Part shown: in pieces, positions 49,801 through 60,900 of the stretch
Layout: every line of letters begins with the position of its first letter
Position numbering within the stretch: the stretch's first letter is position 1
Source of the DNA: Catajapyx aquilonaris
Lineage: Eukaryota
Assembly (NCBI GenBank): GCA_000934665.2
Contig: KZ538538.1
Location: forward strand, 1-63,630
Direction of reading: 5' to 3'
DNA: 63,630 nucleotides
The notes under the pieces: generated by a model
Database searches by the model: none
What the model was told of the DNA's origin: nothing
What the model saw: only the letters and a program-made list of their open reading frames with translations
Position numbers and translations under genes: made by a program

Positions 49801-51925
49801 ATCACAGACAGTTGGCCAAGCTTCCCAAGAAATAAACCATATATAAAAAGGGATGCAAATAATGATTTACATTATCTAAAAAAAAATTTAAAAAAAGATT
49901 TGTACAGCCACTTCTAAAGCCCCTTTTTTCTATGCTTTTTTAAGGTGGTGGCATCCACGAGATTGCACTAACGAGTCTTTCACTTCTTTTTTTTTTTCTC
50001 TTCCCCGGCCATTCATCAACACTGTCATTGCACACTATTAACACTGGAATGCACTGTTTGGAAGAGAGGAAAAATTACTTGTAAAAATATTTTTATAAGT
50101 GGAAACTACAGTTTTGATTAATGTATGGCCAAAACTAGTGTATAATACAAAAAAATAATAATTCAAATGTGAGGCTTCAAGCTACATTTTGAAATGGATG
50201 GATGTGATCTGAAGCCCCATGTTGCTAAAATTTTGAACAGCTAGGTTTTTAGTTTTCTTAGTTTACACTTTGATAAAAATTTGTCATGACAGGTACTCAA
50301 AGAAATTGGGAAGGCGGGAAAAAACCCTTTGGAAGAGTTCAAACGTTTTTTGTACAGTTGCAGAATCCAGAAAACGAGAAACGGAAGTGTAACTGATAAT
50401 GTCACAAGACACAGATTTGTACGCAACAATGACAGTGATGCGTGCGAAAAATTTCTTGGGAAACTTGCATTTGTTAAAGAATAATATGCCAAAAAGTTTT
50501 TTTGTTTTTCTGGTTTCAAAGGTTACGAACCTTTCACAATTACAACATTTGACACCATCTGTTCTACAAGCATACAAACCTTTGGCAGCATCATACAGAT
50601 TGTCAGCCTCGATTTTTAAAAAATATCACCACAAAAAATACCAACAAGAATATTCTTAAAGTTAATAACACTCAAAATACTTTTGAAAATTTTTTTCCGC
50701 TTTTTTCTTCTTTCTTCTTGCTTCTTAGGGAATATCTCTGTAACTATTACTTTTACAGAGACGCACTAATCTCTAAGTCTCTCCAAAAGAAAAAGAAAGA
50801 ATGTCCCCTTCAGGCAATTCTTTTTTCATACTCATTTGAAAAAAAAATCAGTCTCTAGATGTCACCTTTGATTTGGCATTATCTTCATCACCATTAACTC
50901 TCTTACGCTCGCTCTCATTCTCTCGCTTTCTCTACATTTTTGTTTCTTCTTTTTACAAACACTACATCTTTGGCTCACTTTTTCTTGCCCTGGTATCACA
51001 GGCACTAGCAGGGTTGTGAATTGGAAAAAAAAAGTTTAAAAAATCTCAGCACTCGCTTCTTTCTTTGAACTTTTCCATATATCCTGCTTCAACAATTCAC
51101 TGCTTCAGCACATGAGAACATCCCATTTGTGTGGGTTAGTGTTCAAATTTTTGGCCATTCGTTGTTTATGACTAAATCACCGGGATATTGCATGGAGAGG
51201 TCAAATCTTGATTGTCAAGCATAATTCTGCTAGACCTCCATGCACGTTTTTACAACTACCAATTTTAAGTGCTTTTGAAGCTGATAATATTTTCACTTTA
51301 TACAACACACCGAATACATAATATAATTTCAACACTAAATCTGAACTTTTAAAGTCAGATCATGACTGGGGTAGCACTGGGTACTTTGGTAGGTTTGTAC
51401 AGAACGTAGGTCCATCACACAGCTGACCTGCCTCTGCACATCAACTGGCTTATAAATGGACCGGCAAAAGACGTTGGAAACAAATAAGACCGAATAATTA
51501 TTACTGACAAGTTTTTAGCTGCATGGTAAGTTCTCCGGAGTACACATGCGCATTATTTGAGATTATCCTGAAATGAGCAACTCGCAGGTCAATCTAGCCC
51601 ATATTCAATCAGGCACTGAAAATCTAAATAATTTCTCTGCTAGACTCACTGCACTCTTTGAGTTAATGTTACTCAGGCTGTGGAATGAACGTGTCTGATT
51701 TAAAACTCCGTCTTCAGTCAGACCGGCAATTTTGTATTGAGAGCAGGAGTAACGCCAACCAAAGATTGCAGTGTTGTCACACGCCCACCTTTCACGGCCC
51801 AGTTATACGCCACGTTCAAAATCGGTTCTCAGGTCAAGTGACAGAAGCAGTGAGTAGCTTGGAAAAGTTCAAATTGCGTGCTTGGCACATTCTTTTTCCA
51901 ACCCACTATTCTCTCTCTATCTTGG

Positions 51926-54900
51926 TCACTCGCCTTCCTTGGATCCTCCTCCTTCTTCCTCCTCCTCCTCCTCCCCCTCGTCTTCTTCACTGGATTCGGC
52001 CGGACTACAGGCACTGTGGTAGCTCCCCTCTGCCTCCCTCCTCGCCCCACCACTCCCAACCTTCCCGTCTAATGCCACACGAATCAACCCGTCCAGGAAT
52101 CCAGGTTCTTCCTTGTCTCCGGACACACTTTTATCATCCGAAGGAGAACCTGAAGCAGCGGGCTTGTCCGAAGAACTTGCGTCTTCTTGGAGCTTACGCA
52201 TCATTTGGGAGGCAATGAAGTGACCAGGGTCGAAACCGGTGGCTGCAGCTACTGCAGCCAGGTCAAAATTTGGGGCTGAAGGGGGCGGCCAGAAGGGATA
52301 GCTGAATGGATAGTGGCAGAGATGGGCCAATGTTGGGTCAAATAAGGGTGGTGGTGCTTTGACCCCATTTTGTAGCGGAGGCGTCTTTGGTCGGCTCTTC
52401 CCATTGCGCTTAGCAGCAGCCGCTTTCTGCTTGGCTTCTCTTTTACGCGGCCGTAGCAAGTGGCGCTCTTTGACCTTGTATTCCAAGGTAGAGTGGGGAA
52501 CACCAAAGTGCGAACCAGCACGATGCACACTCATCTCACCACGCTGCACAGCACGCACCGCCTGCATTAAATTGTCGCGATTGTAGTTTCGGTACTTGCC
52601 ACGCTTTGGACGTGTTCCTTTGCCGGATGGCTTCGGCTTTTCAGATGGTTTCACCGTGTCATCGTTATGGAACTTCTGGCTGATGCTGCGCGCAATTATC
52701 TCCTTCAGACTGATGTTTGCAGACGGATTTGTGCCACCGTCGCTGCTGGCGCTGCTCAGCTGCGAGGGCGACGCCGCCGCCGATGTTGCCACCGGCGGCG
52801 GCGTCCCTCCTGAGATCACATTCTGACTAGACAGTTTCACAACACTGGGTGGCGGTGGTGGTGGTAACGTTGTAGCCACCCCGGCGACCTGGCCGCCGTT
52901 GGCCACCCCGTTCTTACTAGTAGGCCTAAAGGACGGAATGCGCAGTATCACATTTGAGCCGGCACTTGGTGACGCTGTTGCTGCGTCTTCATCATTGGAC
53001 TCCTCCTCTTCCTCCTCCTCATCCTCATGGCAGCCGTTGACAATCTGCTGCCTATGCTCCTCCAGTCGCTCACCAGCAAATCGCTTGATCAATTCTGGCA
53101 ACAACGGGGGCAACTTGAGGTCCTTTGCCCATTCTTCGGCTGACTTTCGCGTACCGGTTCCCAATGCAAGCTCCTGAATGTTAGACAGCATATGCGACAC
53201 ATAAGCAGATGTATCAGTCTCCTGGTTCTGCTTTCGTGACTGTATAAACTGCTTCAGGCTCTCGCTTGCCGGGCGGCAATTTGGTGTTGATGATGAAAGG
53301 TCAGGAGTGGCCCGAAGGTCCGAGGAGGCGGAGGTGCTGCTGTTGTCCTCCTCCTCCTCGTTGTTCTCCTTCTTGTCCGTTGTTGCAGCGGATTTTGCAG
53401 CAGTGGTTGAGGAGCCAGAGGAGGGAGCTGGTCTTCGCAGCAGATGGTTGTCACGCACCTTCTCCATGTGCAGTTTGTACACTTTGTTGCGGAGAGTGGA
53501 GCGAGGGATGCCGTAGATGACAGCTGCCCTTCGCGTCCCCAACTTCCCTGACTGGATGTCACGCAGGGCAGCCTGGAGCTCCTCCTCCGTGTACGTCTTG
53601 CGGGTGCCAGATGCGCTCATGCGAGGCTTCGCTCTATGGGTGGTTCAGATGATGAGCAAATGGGCAGCAGTGAAGAATATATTTGTGTAAGATAACTCAA
53701 ATTTTCCTTGCTTAGTACTGCAGAATTGTTAAGTGCTAAGGTATTGCTAACATGCAAAAAAAATCAATGCATTATTAACTAGGACAAAAGTATCGTTTTC
53801 TGGGCACTCCACATGCTTGCAGCTCATAATTGTAAAAATATTTATGCAAGCACAGGTCTTGCATAGTAACAGCACCCAAGGAATCCTCACCAAATCCCAA
53901 GTACTTTTCTGGTTAATTATATCTTGGGTGGAGCACCTTAAAAGCACCGAGTTAATGAAAACAGCAAGAAAAATCATAAAATTTTACTCTCCTATTGTCT
54001 CACCTGAATATACTCTTGTTCTCGACATTGGGCACTTTCAAGGAAGGCATGGTGTTGGGGGCGTCCGCCAGACGTGTTTTATTGTTGGATTTTGAGTCTG
54101 GGTCCCTTGACTTGGCGCTGAGGTCGAGCGGCTCGTCAGATGGCAGTGAGTCTGGCCTTGAGCAAGGTGGGGACTCTTGGGAGGGGCTGTCTCGGTCAAG
54201 ATGTGACGAGGATGATGAGGACAGGTAGAAAGGGAGCAGGGGGGGAGGAAAGAAGAAGGGAGCGTGAATCCCACCTGCTGCTGCTGCTGCCACCGCCGCC
54301 GCTGCAGCCGCCAGTGGAGAGGCGGCTGCCCCTAAGGAGCAGGAGGATGAGGAAGAGGCGGCGGTGGCGGCCGCCGATGACAGGAGGTACCCTTCTACCA
54401 AACTGCTGCCGCTCTCTGATTGATGGGCCGGGACGGGAGGCATTGGCGGAGTTTCTATTGAGCTCTGGCTGCTTTCAGAGGGAAAGAACTGGAAAACAAG
54501 AGCAATGAAGTTAGCAAACTGTACAGTTCCATAGGGCATCATAAAACATATTTGTATGTTTTACACCCTCACATGCCAAAAGGTTATCTCCTAGACTTGC
54601 CATGCTACAGAGTCATATTGAAACGTTAACATAACTCCCATTCAAGTCCGTGGTGCACGTAAACAGGACTCTCTGACTCACCATATACACTTGGCTCATC
54701 CTGAGTTACCCTCTTCTAATAGGAAACACACTGGTGTGGATAAACTTGACATTCAAATAGTGGTAGTGTCATGTTTTGTGGCACAAAGTCTTTTACTACC
54801 ACAAACAACCAAAATTTACAGCAATACCAGCTTGGCCATGTATCCCTTTATATTTTATGCAAATAAAAGAAACAAGTTCTCCCAGACTATGTAGTGCCTA

Positions 54901-57900
54901 CAGGACAGACGTAATATACAGCAACTTTAAGCTTCAGTAAATGAAATTCAATAAAAATGGAAGCCGTGGCTGCTCTGAAGTAAATTTAGAAAATAAAAAG
55001 GATAAAGTGGCCAGAACACTTGCGTGCACAAAATTATTTGCGGCTCTACTGGTCTCTGTGAATGTGTCAGGTGGAGTTATGCAGTGTGTCTGTGAACAAT
55101 TAGATAAACCACCCTTGCACAATTCTATCAGCAGAACTATAAATGGCAATTCATATGGCTATGCTATTGGTTGTGGGGTCAAAATTCTATCACACTTGGG
55201 CCCCAGTAGGCCCCAATAACAATGTGATTTGGTGAACAATGCACAGGCAAATGTAACACGCAAGTGAAGACATGCTGCATTTGAAATGGCCAGCAGAATC
55301 GAAATCAGAAAAGCTAAAATATAAAGTGTACATTTCCCCCCTTGCTGTTTGAGATATGGGACATTCTTAAAACTTCCTGCAGTGGTTGATATTGTAAGGC
55401 TCTTTAATTTTCCATGCAGAAGCACTTTTGAAAGCTACAGTTTACCAAGTAAAAATCTAAACAAATTGTCTACGCCCCAAGGCTTTGTTTTCAAAAGGCT
55501 GCACATTAGCATGGCCAATTTTAATTGCCAAAGAGATTACATATTTGGTTAGCTACATGTGCCATTAGGAGAGTACAGTCCCGAACATAAAGTTGGAGAC
55601 GCTGCGGGCCTTCTCTGACCTTCCTTTATCCGATTCAAATTAATGGACTCTTTTTTGACCAATTTAGCTGCTTTAGGAGTGTGTTCGTGTATTTATTTCC
55701 GTATATTTGATACCATAATGGTGGGGATTGGCAGAGCACCCTGCCAAAGGGGAGGGCCTGCCATCTCCAACGTTATGCTCAGTACTGTACACTTTCCACT
55801 TACAAAAATAAATGCATAATAAATACAGAAATTAGTGCAAAAAATTAATTAATTAAGTATGTAAGAGATTCAGCCAAATATTCACTCAAGATTCCCTATG
55901 ATTTACCTCAAGGACTCGTTAAGTGAACAAGATTCACCCAAAATTCATTGTTCAATCACTCAACTGAGCCACATATGAAGATTGTACATATAACAAAATG
56001 ACAAACAAAACAAGACGCAAAGTATACAAACTTGGGTCATGTCCCTGCCAGTATGAGCACACTAATGCACCTCACAAAATGCAAGGCTTTTTTTTCCAGG
56101 TGAATAATTAAAGGCAGCCCTTATGAATCCACAGGAGATCCTCAAGTGACCAAATCGTATGTATGTGTTAGGCTCAAACCCTGAAAACGGCCATCGGCGG
56201 GAAAAAACGACCATATCTACAGTAGGGACAAGATAACTCATGCATTTTGGGAGGTGGCTTGTGTCCTTGGCAACCATAATATATTAGCCCCGCCCCCTGC
56301 TGAGTTTTTCATGTGGAATTTAGAACCATTGGTTGGGAAATATTTCCCCTCTGCTGGGTTACTAATTGTGTTAGTGTAAACAGACTCATCTCATTCTTGA
56401 AGTTTTAGAACATAACGCCCATCTCCTTCGAAATCGAGTCCTGATTGGTCGACTGGTAGGGGGTGGGGTTAATTATTTGGTTGCCAAAGACACAAGCCGC
56501 CTCCAAAAACGCATGAGTTATCTTGTCCCTACCGTAGGTATGGTCATTTCCAAACCAGCCAGACCTAGGTGTGGTTGTTTCCAAACAGCCACAGCTAGTT
56601 CTGCTTATTAACATATCTATGGATATGGAGGTGATGGGAAGATGGATGGAGCCCTTTGTGTTGGTGTGGCATGGGGCTTTGGGATGACCGCACCAAGTCT
56701 GTCCTTTGTTGAGGCCCTGCCAGGCATGGTCCGTTGCATTGCCCGATGATTTCAGTTAGTTGCAAGCGTAGCGAGCTGAGCGCTTGTAATTGTGGGTTGG
56801 GTATCCGCCCAACAATACTGTCCGTCTTTGTGCGCTGCAGGCCAACAAACATTATTGTGGCTTGACCAATCACTGGAAATGTGCTTGGAGAAGACACAAT
56901 AACATTGGTGGCCTGCAGCCGCACAAGACAACGAGTATTGTTGGGGAGATACGTAACCAGCAATAAGCGCTCGCAACTAACTAAAATAATCTGGCAAGGC
57001 GACGGACCGTGCCTGGCAGGGCCACAACCTCGGACAGAGCTGGTGCGGTCATCCCAAAGCCTCACAGCCACACCAACAAACACAAACGGCTCCATCCATC
57101 TCCCCATCACCTCCATATCCACAGGTATATTAATAAGCAGGAACAACCAGAACTAGCTGTGGCTGTTTGGAAACAACCACACCTAGGTATGGCTGGTTTG
57201 GAAATGATCAGACTTAGGTCTGGCTGTTTTGAAGGCAACCAGACCTAGGTGTAGTCACTTTTGCCGTTTTCGGGGTTTGAGCCTAACATATGCACAAATA
57301 CTTTTTTTTAACCTTTTCAAGGGACAGCAGCATAAGTCATACCCTTTCCCCCAAAGGTCTTTTAGTTACACATTAATAAAACTGGGCATTTGAAATAATG
57401 GGTGGAATTTTTGTCTCACTGCTAGTTGCTGCTTACTTAGAAGTACCATTGCCAACACTGGTACTGCCAAATTAGCAGCATTTTAGTAGTAACTAGCAGT
57501 GGGACGAAAATTCCACCCAAGATCTTTAAGAACGCACAGGTCTACCATGGGATATCCACTGTTACTTTACATCTTGTTACATGACATGATCCCACAAAAA
57601 ATAGCAGAATTTTTTTTGCTTCACACAAACTGGTTAGGCAATGACTGTGCAACTTCGGCCTGGCACATTTGAACAAAAAAATTACTAGTGCATGGCCCAA
57701 TACAATTGTCATAAATGGCAGCATGTCTTAAATACTGGAGCCCTATTAATATTAAACACACTCATTTTCTATGGCACACAATGATATGGTCATGTCAATC
57801 TGGTAACAATTTGTTGCAATTATCCTCCAAAATTTTAGCTTGAATACACCTAGGCCTGTAAAAGAAATAATAAAAAGGTGTTAGATATACTCACTAAAGG

Positions 57901-60900
57901 CTCCCCAACCCTCCTCCCATCGCAGAAGTGACATTTTTCATCGGGATCAAAGTCTTCACTCTCTCCATTGTCTGTGAGCAGCCCATGGTACATTGTGTCT
58001 TGATATTTAGCCCACCTCTCCAGTCCCATGTATTCTTCGGCAATTCTTTCTAGGCCTGAAAAATAATCATAAGTGCATAAGTATCAATGTAAACAAGTCT
58101 TGGGGATGGAAATCGTCCAACACAAAAAAATTGCACACTACTGTTGGTACCACAAAATATTATATCACCCTGACCCCTGACCTTTATTCCTTTAGGGATT
58201 ATCAAAACGGGTCTGCAAATTTTAACCCTGGCCACCACTTCCCCAATAGAATAAAACATATAGCTGAACTTTACCCTAATTTCTTATCTGAAGTAGTACT
58301 CCTCTCTAGACCCATAACGATATACACTTGCCAAATGCCACCCGTCAATTCCAACTGTGCGATAACAATTGCTCACAGAGTAACAAACAGTGCAAAGGAT
58401 CGGCACATGGGGTTTCCTATTTACAGATATGCAAATTGTACATCAGGCAATTTTTCGCATGCTCTCCCCTTTTATTTGTGCTGCCCCCCAAACAAACTCA
58501 TCTGATGTAAAATGGTACGTGAGAAGCAGAAGCGATGGGAAATAATGCAATGGATGTCCTTGACAACCTATGATACGTAACCAATCTCCACTCATTACAT
58601 GCCCAACAACTTGGGGGTAAAACATACTATTCGCCTGCTGCTATCGGCTGCAGGTATTTCAAAACCTGCTGGGGGTTTCGGCGCATGGGCATTAGGTCGA
58701 ATATCGTAGGTACCTTGAGCGGTGAGAAATAAACCTACCAGCCCTAAGTGGGTCACCTTGAAATCTCAGACCAAAATCTTAGTAATGCCCAGCAACTGGA
58801 AAGACCAGTAGTTTTGCAAGCTTCATTTATGAGGAGGGAGGACCTCAACTTCCTCATACAATCAGATGGGTATGCTAAAATATTATCCCATGTTAAGGTA
58901 CGACAGTTACGCCTACAAGTGATCCAACACAAATCTGTCCACTGTAGCTGCTAGTGATTATGAGTGCAACCCGCACTCACAGAATGAACAGATAAAAACT
59001 CAAATTCTTGCAGGAAACAGCAGGAGAAAAAATAGAGCCAACTTTTTATCTTGCACTTGCTTAACTCAGCTACGCCTAATCTGATTAGGTTACATAAAAG
59101 GACCCAGCCATGTTTCACTGCACCGCTCAATCTCATTAATGGATATGCTAAACTTGATGCAAAAATTCTCACAGGCAATTATAATTGGCAGGGCGACATG
59201 TGATATAGCCTGCAGGGGTTACTGGGTAACTGGGTCGCTATAGTCATGCAAAATCCGCACTTGGCAGAATTCAACACTGAAAATGACCCTAATATTTCCC
59301 CTTGCCCTGCGTCCCAGGGTGCAAATGCCTTGCTTGTCTAATCATACGATGCCTATCAGGGGCCCTGCACATTTGAATGAATACAATTTTCCTACCACAT
59401 TAGAATATTGAATACTTTAATGCCAAATGACCTTCTTCATGCAGCCTGATAACTATCATTCATTGTTATCTGTAAACTTGGGAAACCTCCAAATCTCTTC
59501 TCAAAAAGTGCTCAAACACACAACAATGCCAATTCGCAATCTCATCAGCTCTCAAGTCAAACACACACACACACACAGGCTGAATGAGCTCCACTCATAT
59601 CGCTTCAGTGCTCCGTGAATTGATGTGCTGGCTCTACACCTTCATGCATGTTTTATTGGCACAGGGAGCAATCTTAGAAAATACTGCTTGCCTAAATAAT
59701 AACACTGGGCACACATAAATTTTTAATTCTTGTGCCTGTGCAATGTTGGCCAATCACATAACTACTCAAAATGCCTAGCAATTTCATGCAGCTCACTGTA
59801 ATTTGTTATCATCATGTCATGCAATGCTATTAGCCTGTGTATAGTCCCTTAACAAGTTTATATGTACTTAGGCAGTCTGACCTTTCCGTTTTTTCGCAAT
59901 TCTGAAAAAATGATAAAGCAAGTACTGCAGATACGCATTAGAACCTATATTAATTATAATTTCACGCAGTACTTGTACCCTATTTCCCTAGAGGCAGACT
60001 TCATGATGTGATGTCTTCCCACAACAAAAGAAACCCAGACAACAAAACAAGGTGCATTGTGCACTCACTGTCAGTACTTGTGCATCACAGTTGACATGTG
60101 TCTGCACAACATTCCAGATGTTATGTAAATTAAATAAACCCCTTTACATATTGTCAATTCTTTTCTAAATTTTTATCGCTTTCACTTAATTATTTATATA
60201 AATAGCTGTGTGTCTTCCATGAAGTAACACATTTTGATACTGGCCGTATGCCTGACACAAAATCTCGACAAACCCTAACAATCCACAAGTGGTTTCTTCA
60301 GGCTGACTCACACAGGTGTCTATGATCCTACAGGTGGCCCACATGCTCTAGTAAGACCTGCTGATCATCCATGCACAAATTGTAGCATTTTACGGCGGAT
60401 TGCTAGCAAATGGGTTATTGTGGTTTACCATTAAGCACACTGAGCACCAATATTGATGTGCTCTGATGGAAAGCAAACACTAAAATATAAACACTGATAT
60501 GGTATCTCATAAATGATTTTAAAATTAGCCGCATGCAAATATTCCAAAAATTCAACGCAAAAAAATCTAGCAGAAAAGGCGACGCATTCGAATTAGATTA
60601 ACATTACATTTCACATGTCCTACATTAGTGGATGCTGTGTAACATCAAGACTTGCACTTTAATATATTGTTACAATGAAGTAAGTCATATTAGCCAGTAT
60701 TTGGAATTCCACTGGGCCTGCACGTCAGCAGGTTGTAGTTACATTACGTGATTCACACAGATGGTTTGCAAATTCTAGACACCTGGCTACCTGGGCATAT
60801 ACATTTTATCAGATATCTTCCAAATGAAAGTCAATCATGCCAAAGCAGCTCTGAACACTGAACTATATTTTCAAGGTCACAAATACTGATATCACAATGA

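Noticed and set aside
51917..51928. Stop-codon readthrough of E93 (TGA-C context)
   Set aside because: An in-frame TAG follows after only two codons.
56595..57248. 183-aa and mirror-image ORFs in the E93 intron
   Set aside because: They are by-products of the inverted repeat, with no transposase motifs.
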